From Amoebophrya sp. A120 (Eukaryota > Protista > Dinoflagellata), in NCBI GenBank assembly GCA_905178155.1, contig CAJINV010000008.1, forward strand, positions 2,795,303-2,859,302: 64,000 nt of DNA. Direction: 5' to 3'. Position numbers and translations under genes: made by a program. The notes beneath the pieces are model-generated. The model ran no database searches, had not been told where the DNA came from, and saw only the letters and a list, made by a program, of their open reading frames with translations. Below are positions 37,867 to 51,500 of this stretch, in pieces (position 1 is the stretch's first letter; every line of letters starts with the position of its first letter).

Positions 37867-39141
37867 ATAAATACACTAAGTGCGTGACTCCTCCCCCCTG
37901 CAAACTGACAGTCCATTGGAGCCCCGGGTTTGTACACCGTTCGGGACTATCTGGGTTGTTGGGGGGCAGATACGATATGACACTGACCGCAGACTTGTAT
38001 GATTTGTATGCCGGCGCGCGGCAGTTGTCGTGATAGTGCTAGATGAAGGGCATGCCTGCGTGTGACGGACCGGTAGAGGTGTAGTTCTGTTCAAAAGGTT
38101 GTAGTTCCGGATGCTGCGATAGTTTTTTGCCCGGTCGGCGCCACTAAAGCACACGCATAGACGTAGACGGGTTTGGGGCTATATTTACAAGGCAGCGCTA
38201 CTAGTACCAAGAAGACAAAACTTTTACACCAAAAGCACTAATACACTAATACGAGGATGATATACTAGACGGGGTTTAGGGTTATAAGTCTGTGATCAGG
38301 CTTGGCGCGCTATTAAAGCGTTTGCTTCATTACAAGACCACCACTACGGTGGCCCGCAGTGCCCACACCAGGCACCGGGAAGTGAAAGTTTTAGTAGTGT
38401 AGTACTTTGGCGGAGGTGCCTAAACACCCGAGTCGGGTACAAGTAGTCGTACTAGGCACAATGATTAGGTGCTACACTACTCGCCACGCACGCCCATACC
38501 ATACCATACAGATTTATTTACGAGACAAGCAACGCTATGCAGGTCCCACTTGTTTTCCAGGCCCAGACATGTTTGCAGTGCATATGGGCGCCGAGGAAGT
38601 TGCAGACTCCGATGAGGAAATGTTTGCCCAAGAAGTGGTGGCGTGAAGACGAAATGCACAAAGGACTGCTGAACAAGGAGAGATTTCGCAGATGAAGATG
38701 AATCCAACCACGCCGCTTCGATATTTATGATATATCTATCACCTACTTTTTATACAATGTTTTGGTCGGATGTCAATTGACATATGAAAATGTGCATGCC
38801 AGAGACCTTTTTGTTGGCCGTTCGCCCACGATTCTTGTATACTGCTCGGAGATAATTCATACCGGAAAGCACCTTGTACAATACAGCTTTTGGTTCGCGA
38901 TCTTACCAGATGCTTTTTGAAATGCAACTCTAGCCGTTGCTTGTAGTCGGCAATAAGTTCATCTTTCGAACTCGTTTCGCAATTGCTCCGCGAGAGTGAA
39001 AAATACACAGAAATAAGAATCGTTGGACTGTGCCGGCGCTCGAGGAGAGAAAGGCTGCTCGCGTATGTAGCTGCGGATGCCGAAATTCATTTTGTTCCAC
39101 CCGCTTTTACCTTGCTCGCGTTTCGTTAGTGGAATACAAAG

Positions 39142-41904
39142 AAAAACCAGGCGGCGGCAACTGGGCACCGACCCATCAGCCTCCTCTCAGCGGTAGTCAA
39201 GACCTTCGAGCGAGTTCTCCTGTGGAGAATCCTCGCACAGATCAAGACCAAAGACGCGGCCGGGCGCGAAACCTTCTCACGGTCGCAGCACGCTTTCCGC
39301 GCTCACGTTGGCTGCGAGCAGGAGCTTGCGGAAGTCCTCCACTGGAGTAGCACCCGTCTCGCCCGCGGGCTCCACGTAGGACTGATATCGACTGATATAA
39401 CTGGCGCATACGACTCCGTACGAGTGGGGAAGCTGCTCGACCGATGCAGGGAGAGCGGGATGAACGCGGCGTACGGAAAATTCATCTTGTCATGGATGAG
39501 GGGCCGGCGGTTTCGGGTCAAAATGGGGGAAGACTTCTCTACATATAGAGATGTACTCACAGGACTACCCCAAGGAGGCATCCTTAGTCCAACGCTCTGG
39601 AATCTGCTTATAGATGAGCTGCCCCGACGCCTACGCGGCGGCGACACGGGTCAGGGGAGCCACTTCGAGAGAGAAGTCTGCTTTTACGCGGACGATGGAG
39701 TACTCCTCGTGGCCGCAAAAACTAGGGCAGGCCTGGTGAAGGCGATGAACACGATGGCGGACCGCCTGAGGACAGAGCTGGCCAGCCTGGGGCTAACTCT
39801 CGACCCCGAGAAAACGAAGTGCCTGGTCTTCGACGCGTCCCTAGTCGGGAAGCAGGTGGCGGGGCGGGAACAGCGGCGGCACGAATTCCTTCGAGAGGGC
39901 CGAGGCAAGACCGGGCCGCAGGTCCTCGACTTGCCGTGGGAAGCAGCCCCCCTCCCGGGGCTGCCCTTTCCGCAAGTATCCCACCACCGCGTCCTGGGTG
40001 TTGAGGTGGACCACCTCTTCCACTTCGGCCGGCACGTCTCGAACACCATCGAGAAAATCCGCCGTCGCCTCCCGATCCTGAAAAGGCTCTCGAACTACGA
40101 ATGGGGGTTGGAACCATATGTCTTTGCACAGACGGCCCGGGCATTGATCACACAGACGGCTACTTGGGGGGTTGCCAGTTGGGGATCGTACTGCCCGACC
40201 GCGGTCATGAGGCGCATGAACACGGACGGCCTAAACCCGGCACAGAGACTGGTGGTGGCCAATACCAAGCTGATGCGACTGGAAAGCCTCCGCATCCTCT
40301 CCCAGTCAACAAGCATACAGAACGCGTACGTGCGGGGAGTCGCGCGATTGATCGACGCCACCATCAGGGGGCCTGAGACAAATCTGCGCCGGACGCTTGA
40401 CGCGACATTGTATGGCGCTCGGGGCCGCCAGGGGCGCAGGCGAGAAAACTGGAAGGTGCGGGCCACGGGGATCCCGATCCCGCGAGAGGACATCGAAGCC
40501 CAGGAAGACAACCAAATCCTTACGGCACTCAGCGACCAGACGTACACAGAGTACTACGATCGCCGGCAGGGGATAACTGGCACAGCAGCTGCCCAACACC
40601 CGCCCACAGGCAAAAGCTTCCACACATATGCGCCCGAACTCGGGGGCGAAGGGGACGCGCAACACCAGGAAGCCGGGTGGGTAGCGGAGGGGGTTGCGCT
40701 CCTGCGGAAAACCGGCTGGGACCCGCAGCTGGTGGAGCCCTTCAAAACCATCCCGATGATCGAAGCGGATAACATTCATTTCGAATGCCGGGACCCGGAT
40801 GCGCCGGAGCTCGCGCAGCGCTCCCACACACACATCGCAGGCGGGGGCATCCTCGTGGCCACCGACGGATCCTTCCAAGCGGGCAGGGGGGCGTGCGCCA
40901 CACTCGTCATGCGCTCCGGGCAAAGCGAGTGCAAGGCATACCGCCGATTCGCAGTGAAGAGCGCGTACGCCATGGAGCGCCTCGGCCTGGAGCGCGCCCT
41001 CAGCGATCTCACTGGGGAAACATGGGCAACGGAAGAAAACAGGGGGAAAGAGGTGCTCATTATGGTCGACTGCCTTGGCCTCCTTGAGCGCCTGGAGCGG
41101 CTCACGCACACTGTTCTCGATGGGTCGCAAAAGGACGTCGAGCTGGTGCAGCTGCTCGACGACGCCGCCAGGCGATACAGCAAAGTCACACTGGCCTTCA
41201 CCCCTGCACACTGTGGCATCGAGGCCAATGAGATCGTCGATGCGATATGTGGGGCCGCCTGTCCCGACGCACCGCTGGGGAACAACACAGACGAGAATCC
41301 GGAAGGGGAGCCTCTGTGCCACGAAGAAACGAAAGAGGCGGCCCGGGCAGTGCTGGAAAGCGAAGAAGAGGAAACGATGAGGCGACTGGCCCGTGCGGGG
41401 TCTGTCTCCGGCGAGGTTATCACCGATCTCGACCTCAACCGGAAAAAGCTCAAAGAACTCTACCGGGCGGCGCGGGGCGAAGGCAGGTGGCTGCAGCGAA
41501 TGGTGGGGGAGGTAGCGGGCGGCATGCGCTTCAAAACCCTCTGCGATCTCGGCCTCCGCCCCCGTATATGTTCCACCTGTGGGGAGACAATAGACTCGTG
41601 GAAACACATCCGGGTTTGCCACGAGTACACGAGGTTGGGACGAACCTCCGACGCGCAGGAGATCCTCGACTTCCTCCGCACAGTATGCGACGCCCGGGAA
41701 GGGCCTCTCGACGGCGGGGAACAAGACTCCGAGACAGAGGACGAGGCAGGGGCGGGGCAGGGAGAAGAACCCGCCGAGACCAGCACTACGTCCGACACCA
41801 CCAGCAGGGGCGCCGTGACGTCCAGCAGCACCATTCCCGACGGCGGTCCGGTCGGACGGCCGAGCACCCACCCGTGTAGTCCGTCTGCTCCGCTGTCGGC
41901 TTAA
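39142..41904 (+). CDS. LINE ORF2 remnant: reverse transcriptase + RNase H + C-terminal Zn knuckle; endonuclease missing
   Basis: HRPISLLSAVVKTFERV, QHAFR, DITGAYDSV, GLPQGGILSPTLWN, FYADD; RNase H ATDGS, IMVDC, FTPAHCGIEANEIVD; CSTC...WKHIRVC. The frame is uninterrupted from the TSD edge. Confidence 0.92.
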   Translation, partial: KNQAAATGHRPISLLSAVVKTFERVLLWRILAQIKTKDAAGRETFSRSQHAFRAHVGCEQELAEVLHWSSTRLARGLHVGLISTDITGAYDSVRVGKLLDRCRESGMNAAYGKFILSWMRGRRFRVKMGEDFSTYRDVLTGLPQGGILSPTLWNLLIDELPRRLRGGDTGQGSHFEREVCFYADDGVLLVAAKTRAGLVKAMNTMADRLRTELASLGLTLDPEKTKCLVFDASLVGKQVAGREQRRHEFLREGRGKTGPQVLDLPWEAAPLPGLPFPQVSHHRVLGVEVDHLFHFGRHVSNTIEKIRRRLPILKRLSNYEWGLEPYVFAQTARALITQTATWGVASWGSYCPTAVMRRMNTDGLNPAQRLVVANTKLMRLESLRILSQSTSIQNAYVRGVARLIDATIRGPETNLRRTLDATLYGARGRQGRRRENWKVRATGIPIPREDIEAQEDNQILTALSDQTYTEYYDRRQGITGTAAAQHPPTGKSFHTYAPELGGEGDAQHQEAGWVAEGVALLRKTGWDPQLVEPFKTIPMIEADNIHFECRDPDAPELAQRSHTHIAGGGILVATDGSFQAGRGACATLVMRSGQSECKAYRRFAVKSAYAMERLGLERALSDLTGETWATEENRGKEVLIMVDCLGLLERLERLTHTVLDGSQKDVELVQLLDDAARRYSKVTLAFTPAHCGIEANEIVDAICGAACPDAPLGNNTDENPEGEPLCHEETKEAARAVLESEEEETMRRLARAGSVSGEVITDLDLNRKKLKELYRAARGEGRWLQRMVGEVAGGMRFKTLCDLGLRPRICSTCGETIDSWKHIRVCHEYTRLGRTSDAQEILDFLRTVCDAREGPLDGGEQDSETEDEAGAGQGEEPAETSTTSDTTSRGAVTSSSTIPDGGPVGRPSTHPCSPSAPLSA

Positions 41905-42649
41905 CCGCCGCCTCGGGGGGGGGCGGGGGTACGGGTTAAGAACGATGCCCCACCACAGGCACAAACGCGAGATAGCAGTACCTATATTCCACGATAGTGA
42001 GAGCGATCCGTCTTCCAGCCTAAAAACCACAATCACTATGAATAAATGGCACTACAGAGCAGCAGTGGCGCGTGCCCTACCACAGGCACGGGCCAGGCAC
42101 GCGGTGCCATGCCGCTTACAAACCTTGTCATACAGAATTCCGTAGTGCGCTGTCCAAATACGATAACTACGAGGTGAGTCGAGCCACGCCGTGACTGCCT
42201 GCAAAGTGTTCTGCGAAAACAGGGAGGATTCACAAAGATCACAAAATGCGCGTTGACCGCGATAAGATCCTCAAGATCCGCTTCTGTTGTACACTGGCAC
42301 AAGATGTTGCGAAGCCGGCACGCCGCGCGCGCCCCTCCGACCCGTCCGCCATGCACAACACGTTCGCGAAGTAACCCGGCCTCGTAGTTGTCACCGCACC
42401 TTATCACGGGTGCTACGGGTCGTTGGCTCCACATAGCGGGTCGCGGCTCGGGGACTGGTGGAGTCACAGGTACCTCTACCCACCCCATGCACGTGGGGCA
42501 GAACCCGACGCTGTCACCGTCGGCCCGCACCCCCCGTCGCTAGCGGGCCACTACCACACGGAACCCGGCGCGGCGCGGGGAAGAGTCTGGGGGAGCTGTG
42601 AGGCACGAGACATCGTTCCCCCACACACATTCTAAAGTTCATCATCATC
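39142..42649 (+). mobile_element. 5'-truncated non-LTR retrotransposon (LINE, RNase H-bearing, I-group/Ingi-like)
   Basis: 14-bp TSD agtggaatacaaag at 39128-39141 and 42650-42663; (TCA)n 3' tail; RT+RNase H ORF. Confidence 0.93.
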
Positions 42650-43255
42650 AGTGGAATACAAAGTGCTGTGACATCGATGAAGGAAGGTGTTGACTAAACT
42701 GAAGATCATGGCCGGTTGAAAAAGCAGTACGTGGGTGCGACTGTAGAGAAGTCAAAGTGTTTAGCTCTGGAAGTAGATGAACGAAGTCTGGCCAGGCCGT
42801 GTACGTAAGTATGATAGATAATTACGCGCTCCACGTATACGAAACAAGAACAACCAACAAGCGCTTTATTCCCTCGCTGCTCTCGTTGAACAAAAGTAAG
42901 TACGCCCCTGCTGCGAAAGCTGTAGTTGTAATTATCGCAGATGCGTAAAGTTGACGTCGTCCTCCGCATAACGTTGCGTCAAACAGAACCATCATCTGGT
43001 ACCACATACTGCCAAATACTTACATCTTTCCATCATGTGCGTCCGGATTTTCATTCACCTTTGATGTGTAGCTATGCCTGCAGAGAACATGCGGAATTTC
43101 CAATAAATGTAGTGCATACAACGGATTTCTTGTTTTCCTGTCGTCATTGTGTTGGCTGCAACTCTGTTTGATGCAAAATCAACTGTAGACTTTTTTTTCG
43201 GGGTGAAAGTAGAGGGCAACTCACTTGTGTAGCTGGACCACAAAGCATAGCCAAG

Positions 43256-43980
<725 letters not shown>

Positions 43981-45568
43981 ACGAAGGGAGAACGAGTAGA
44001 GAAGACCGTATGCGTACAGTATAAATGGAATACATCAGGGGAAAGAAAAAACTGACACTTCCAGCAGATCACAATTTCAACAGTATCAACAACACTTGCT
44101 AATCGAATTCATCAACCTTGTTCATCAAAGAACCTCGAGTTTTAGAAAATCACACCGGTATTGTATGGCTGTAGGCTGACTCACCCGGCGATCTCTTTTT
44201 GAGACGCGCCCTCTTAATCCGATTTGAATAATGGCCAAAGAGCTTCGTTGCGGTACTCTCTAGAAATTACCTCAGTTTTTTACGCAGTTTTTTATTACTG
44301 TAGAACTATGTAGTTTCATTGTCCCGATAACAATGTATTGTAAGCATTTTTCACTACCTCCGGAAAATCAAATAGTGATTGGTCCCTGCTGAGGGTGGTA
44401 AGGAGCAGCTGGGCCGCTGGACGAGCAAAAATCGGCGAGCAGAGGACAAGGACACGACGGAAGCCACAAACAATATGTGCCGCCGGACCACCACGCGCGG
44501 TTTATTTCGCTAAACTACAAAAGGCGACGAGCAGAAGGCGCACAGATTCTGCCCGAATCGGACTTCATATCCATGAATTGCAATCGTCCTCAGACAAAAA
44601 TCGCATGAAACAAGCGTGAAGCGGCACTGCCAGCGGGTGGAGGAAAAAGTTGACGGGTGAAAAGGCGGTCTACTTTCGCCATTTGCACACCACGACCAGG
44701 CCTTGCACAGCTCTTGTGTGTTCTTCTTAGCACCTCGTGTGTTGATGGAGAAACTTTTATTTGACGTGGTTCTTTTTTTGGTTCCACTTCCATGTTCGTC
44801 GTCTTCCTGCTCACTTTTTTCGGTTGATTCGCAGTGCTACCTTGTTTGTACATCTTTCGCTCCGGTACTCTGTGTGTCGTGATGTTTTCAGATCGTCTTT
44901 CTTGGAAAGAAACACCACCCTCTTCAGGGTACTTACGTGATGACGATCCTGATCTTTTTACACCGGTATAATTATCTTTGCTCTAGTTAAATCACAGGGT
45001 AAAGAAACGCAACTTCCCGTTGGAAATTCGTTGTTTTCGTTGGAACAAGTACGTTGGACAGAATTTACTCTTTTCGTTTACTGCAATACCAGCCTGCTGT
45101 CTGGAAACCATCAAGAGGTTAAAAAGACATGTACAATATCAGTTTCTTAAGGAGCACGCAGATCCACATTCGTCGCATATATCCCCTCGTCGCTCGTAAT
45201 CGTGCAACCGTTGTCGTACTAGCAGGTAGCAGAAACTTATGAATAACTCCTCAATGGACAACTACCGCCACGAACCTCCTGCCTGTGAAAACAAGCCGCC
45301 TAGCAGCGGCCCCTTGTTGGGTAACATCCCGGGCGTCGTACAGACGTCCATCTAAGCTCCAGCATCTTTCCATCGTGACCGTTTCCGGTTGCTTGCGACA
45401 ATGAGATGGCGTAAAGGAAGCGACCGCCGGGGTTCACGTACTACAGGGCAGCACCGAGGGGCGGTCAACGCGAAGCGGGAAGCGACATCATCAACGTGGT
45501 AGCCACGCCAACAGTTAAGCAGGTCGATCGCGGTTTGTCGTCTTCGCAGACGTGGTTCGCGTGCGAAG

Positions 45569-48500
45569 ATGGACCTGCTTTCGCAAGAGGATGCCAACGG
45601 CGTCCGGATGTCGTGGAACCTGTGGCCCAATACGAAGGCAGATATGAATCGCATCGTCGTGCCTCTCGGCTGCATCTACTCACCGTTGAAACAGGTAGTT
45701 GTTCAAACTATAACACAGATTCCACAGTTCTTGCTGGGTACATCATGATCATCCATACGTAAAGTTAGATACACATACACGTGATAAGATATGCATGGCC
45801 CTCGTGATAACAAGTTTTGTATACGTACGAACTCCTGCGCAACAATGCACCAGGTCACCGACCTGAAGCTTGTCGGGTACGACCCGCTAGTCTGCAAATC
45901 GGGCACCAACAACTGCGTCGCGGTCTTCAACCCCTTTTGCTACGTCGATTTTCGTGCAAAGACCTGGACCTGCAATTTTTGTGGCTTCAAACAGCAGCTA
46001 CCGCCGTACTATGCAGAAAATATTTCGGAGTCCCAGCTGCCGCAGGAGAAAATGTAGAATTGGCGTAAGAGTAACTTGATTTCGAAAAATTATAAGTCTC
46101 AACACAGGAGCTTGTATGAAATTGAAATTAAAAAAGCAGACCAAATATAAAGATCAAGCGCAATGAAGAAAATCAAACACGTTATCGCGCAGGTCGCCGA
46201 CGATTGAATATCTCCTTCCGAACACCTCCTGCATGCCACCGGTTTTTCTCTTCGTGCTCGACACAGCGCTGAATAACCCGGAGGACTGGAAAGAGTTCGA
46301 GAAGGCCAAAGAAGCCTTGCAGTCGACTCTGCAGTCGATGCCACAAAATTCGCTGGTCGGGTTCATCACCTTTGGTGCCATGGTGCACGTGCATGAGCTG
46401 GGGTTCCAGGGCGAGCTCCTCAAATCCTACGCCTTCATGGGCACGAAACAGTACGTGTCACACAGAAAAAAGCTATTATTCAGACGGTATATTTGTATAC
46501 GCGAAGAAAAGAAAAACACATGAGAAGACTCGTAACAGGGTGGTTAGGCAGCTGTCGTGCAAGACAGATTTATATGATATTTTTGCACTACCAAAAATCA
46601 TGTGGTTATTAATGCTAGCTTTTTTTCTGGGATAGTACGGCACGCAGCAAATAGCCGGCATGCTCGGCGTATGGATTGCAAAAATGTCTGGGTCTGGAAG
46701 ATTCCCAGATTTGTCATGCAGGGTTTCCATGACCGATGAGGTCTGGTATGTAGGACATAGCATGACAGATTCTGCGAGACCTTTCCAATGCCTATCCTGC
46801 ATGACAAACTCCCTCCCGACTTGGTCAAAACCGGACGACTTTTGGTAATCATGCAACACAGATTTTTGCATGCTTCAGATTCAGCATGACGAGTTGCATT
46901 CTTCCAGACCCAGACATTTTTACATTTGATACGGCGTGAGCATGCGGAACGACCCCCGGGGGAACACGCGAACGGAGTTATTGAGAGGAAAAATCCCCCC
47001 TCCCCATATTGAAAATGCATGTTTCCGAAAATTTGTGTTGCTGATTTGAGGTCACAAATCACATCTGTTTTGCAAGAAGGCACGGGCAGAAGCTTCCGCC
47101 CCATTATGGAGGCGATTTGTCATGCTGTTGGGCCTAAAGGGAAGCCGCTCGCCATGCTGAACAACTAGACGCATACGCCCCTACCTAGCCTGGGGACCTG
47201 ACTGCAATGCTTTTCTGCAATACAAAGCTGATTTGTGTACTCAAATCCAGCGTCAGACATTTCCTTTCGATATGGGGAGGGGGGATTTTTCATTTTGATA
47301 GGAGTCGGCGAAGCGGTTTCTGCTGCCGATATCCGAATGCGAATTCGCGTTGAATAACATTTTGGAGGACCTCCGCACCGACCGATGGCCGGTGGAGGAG
47401 GGGCGGCAGCGGTGTCAGCGCTGCACGGGGGGCGCGCTCAACGTGGCGGTGGGACTCCTGGAGAACCTGTACGCGGGCCACGCCGGCTATGGAAGCGTCA
47501 GGTTTGAAATCGTCAAAGTTGAAATAATTTGTGATGCATAAAATGCGACACAAAAAGTGACTCTATTGCAGAGGACCCAAGGGAGGCAGATTATAGTCCT
47601 GGTAAGGGTCAAAAGTTGGACTGCTAACTAGCACGACAGAAGGCAGCTCTTTTGCCCTAAACCGCATGACAGACTCGCTTCCAGGACCGGGAAAATTTGC
47701 CATGCACCGACTACAAACTGCAGGCCTAACTGGTATCTGTTTTATGCATGACAAACTATTTCAACTTTGACGATTTCAAACCTGACACATCCACGCCGGC
47801 CGGATAATTCTGCTCGTCTCGGGCCCCTGCACCGCGGGCCCCGGCGCCATCGTGTCCCGGGACAAGAGGGAAAACATGCGCTCACATCTGGACCTGCAAA
47901 AGGAACAACCCAACGCAAGGTACAGTTACAGCAACGTGATTGTAGTGCTGCGTGTGCTGTTGCACTACCATGAAGGAATATTATCGCAGGGGGTAAAACA
48001 TAAATCGATCAGATCAGGTAGAAGTAGTACCGCGATCGATAAAAAAGATTCTGCGCAGCACGGTGATAAAAATACTATCGCGGAAGGACGAGTTCTTGTT
48101 GAGGAGTTCGATGCTACAAATTGATAATCATGCAAAATAAAGAACTTTAGGTATTGCAAAGGTGCCAGCAATTTCTACCTGTCTGTCGCGGCCCGCGCGG
48201 TTTCGACGGGCCACGCGATTGATATTTTCGCGAGCTCGCTGGACCAGGTAGGACTGCACGAGATGCGGTGTTTAGTGGAGCGCAGTGGCGGGCACATGGT
48301 CATGGCCGACGGGTTTTCGCAGCACGTTTTTCGCGATTCATTCAAGAAGGTGCTCTCCAAAACGGACTCCAGTGGCCAGTGTCTCGACATGGGCTTCAAC
48401 GCCCGGATCACCGTGCAAACGAGCAAGGAAATAAAAGTCTGTGGTGCGATCGGACCGGTCTGCAGCATGCAGAAAGCGCGTATTTAGATTTACTTTCCCA

Positions 48501-51500
48501 TGGTGAAGGGAGATGAGAAATTTGCTTCACAGCATATATACTTTTTCGAAGTAAAATTTCTGTCTTCGACACGCGTCACTCTCCTTTTTGTTTCCACACG
48601 ACCAGCACTGAAGAAGGCCTGAAATTTTTCTTGCCGCGCGACAACAATAAATAAGTCTCGCGTAGTTGTTTCTCCTCCATCGATTATCAGACCCGTCCGT
48701 GGCAGACACGCAGATATCAATTGCAGAAATGTCTGGGTCTGGAAGGATGCAAGGTTTGTCATGCTTATCTGGCATGACTGAAGAGTTTGTGATGCGGGTC
48801 CAAGAAGAGACCCTCTTGCTTGTCATGCAAACGCAGCTTGTCATGCGGAAAGCGCAACACTAAGCCGCGCAAAAATCTCTCATGTTGGCTGCGCATTACA
48901 GAAAATTCACTATTCACAAATCAGCATTTTACAACAAGTTTCCAGACCCAGACATATTTGCATTTCATAGCAGATCGGGGAAAGCAACACCATCACGTGG
49001 GCCACGAGCGCACTAGATCAGCAGTCCTCGGTAGCGTTTTACTTTGAGCTCGCAGACGACGGCGCAGACGGGAAGAAACAGAACAAACAGGGGCAGGCAG
49101 CCTTTCTGCAGTTTCAAACCCTGTACCACCATCCCAGCGGGAAGAAGCGACTGCGAGTGACTACGGTTGCACGTGCGTACTTAAGTATTTGTTCTATCTT
49201 TCCGGAACCTCTACGACCTGGTTGCGCTTTTTGGGACGTTCTATGTATGAGTGATGTTTTCCAGAACAAGGAAAATATAGGTCAGGCGAAGAGGAGGGGG
49301 ACGACCCGTGTATAGGTAGCCGGCTAACAAGCGTGCCTGTTTTTTATCAACCGCCCGTTGTACTGTTTTTTATCAACATGGTCGCAGGTATAGCGATCCA
49401 GAGTTGCTGGACATCGGCCAGGCGTTCGACCAGGAGTGCTATCCACAAAAAAAGACCCATCCCCATTCAATTTTTTGTCATGCAAAACATGCGTCGAAAT
49501 GCTGTGTTTGTCATGCAGAAAATGGATAGGGATCATTTGTTTTTCCCTGGATAAGTGCGCGGCGGTGCTGCTCGCCAGGTTCTGCATGCACCAGGCGGAG
49601 TCCACCGAAAGTTTCGACGCCTTGCGTCGGCTGGACCGCATGCTGATCCGGATCATCAGCAAGTTCGCCGCCTACAACCGCGGCGACCCGAGCTCGTTTC
49701 AGCTGGCGGAGGAATTCACACTGTATCCTGAGTGAATAAGTACAAACCCACCTCGTCCCCATAGTGCAGGATGGAATTTATTTTGCGCATCAGAGGCTCA
49801 GGCTTTTGCTGCATAAGTAACCGTGCTTAGCTACATGTCGCAGCCGCATCGTAAAGCGATCGTCTCGTCCGGATTGTAGCGTTAAAAAAATACAACTAGA
49901 AATAAACGGTCCTGCAGCTCATGAGCCTGTGCAACATGGAGGGCGTTTCATGCTTGCAGATTTGCGAAGACAAAAAACCGCTTGACCCACCTCCTCTGCG
50001 TGTCAAGCCATCTGCATGGGGCAGAGGGGAAGGCGCGAATGGTCCTGCAATTTTCCCTTCAGCATGACATCAACTCTGGGGCGGCGACGATTTTGCCCAG
50101 GATACACTGTTCCCGCAGTTCATTTTCTACCTGCGAAGAAGTCCCTTGCTTGAATATGAACATGAAAAGTGCCCCACCCCCAGAAGTGAGCATAATATTT
50201 CCATGATGCAAAGTTTCCAAATGTAAAGCTTTGGTCTTGCATGAGAGGTCTGCAAGTCTTCCTGATCCAGAGCGTAGGCGTTGAAAGCCGTCCGTACATG
50301 ACGAATTCTGTTGCTGCTAGGCCTTTATTTTGTGACGCAAACTTTAACTTTTGCCCATCTGCCTGGAACATTTGATATGTTGCTGGACTATGCAAGAAGG
50401 GGAACTACAGCATCATCAATGTTTGCAGTGGGAAGAAGAGCAGCTTTTGTAATGCGAACGCTTTCCCTTCGTGGAGTCGGGTCGCTTTTCCGCATGATAG
50501 GGAAACTTTCAACTGTTCCCCGGACGAAACGGCCTTCTACCGCGTGTGCATGCTGAAGAGCAACGTGGTGAACTCGCTGGTCATGATTCAGCCCGCGCTG
50601 ATGGAGTACAGCTTCGACAGTCTCGCCCCCGTGCCGGTGCTGCTGGACTCCCTGAGTCTGAAGAAAAACGTGATCTTGCTGCTTGACACCTTCTTTCACG
50701 TGGTGGTCTGGCGGGGGGAAACCGTGCTATTAAATGCAAAAATGTCTGGGTCTGGAAGGTTGGAACTTGTGATGCTACCTTTGGACTCTACAGAAAATCT
50801 GTATTGCATGAACAGCATAAGAGGCGCAATTTGTGCTACGCGGAGAGGGCATTTCTCATGCGGTATGAGCATCAGAAAACCCTCGCAGAGTCTCTGATGC
50901 TAGGGCATGCATCACAGACCTCAGTCATGGGTCATGGAAAATCTGCATGACAAACTTCTGCGCTCTTCCACATATTTGCAATCCATACGTGCAGGAGTGG
51001 TACAACCGCGGGTACCAGGAACTGCCGGAGTATTGAGAAGAAAAATCCCCACACCCCATATCGAAAAGGTATGTTTCCGAAAATTTGTGTTGCTGATTTG
51101 AGACCACAAATAGCGTCTGTCTTGCAAGAAGACAAGTGCAGGGGCTTCCGCGCCATTATCGAAGCGATTCAGCATGCTGCTGGGCCTAGGGGACAGCCGT
51201 TTGTAATGCTAAACAACTAGACCCAAACGCCCCTACCTAGGCCGAGGATCTGGCTGCGATGCCGTATTGCAAGACGGCGCGCATTTTTGTACAGAAATCC
51301 AGCATCAGAAACTTCGTCTCGATATGGGGAGGGGGGATTTTTCATTTTGATACGGAGTACGCGAACTTCAAAGAGCTCCTCATCGCCCCGGCGAAGGATG
51401 CGAAGGACATTTTGGAAGACCGGTTTCCCGTGCCGAAATTCGTGCAGACCTACGCGAACGGCTCGCAGGCGCGATTCGTGCTGTCCCGCGTGAACCCAAG

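Noticed and set aside
38271-38284. Telomere-like gggtttagggtta
   Set aside because: Fewer than two full units; chance level.
40306-42036. 576-aa minus-strand ORF
   Set aside because: Antisense shadow of the GC3-rich LINE ORF.
46451-46639. Explaining introners as GT-AG introns using terminal Gs of the DR (adds one codon)
   Set aside because: Works only for G-N-N-N-G repeats, fails for most sites, and here would add an extra Tyr relative to the Sec23 pattern. Cannot be excluded for individual copies.
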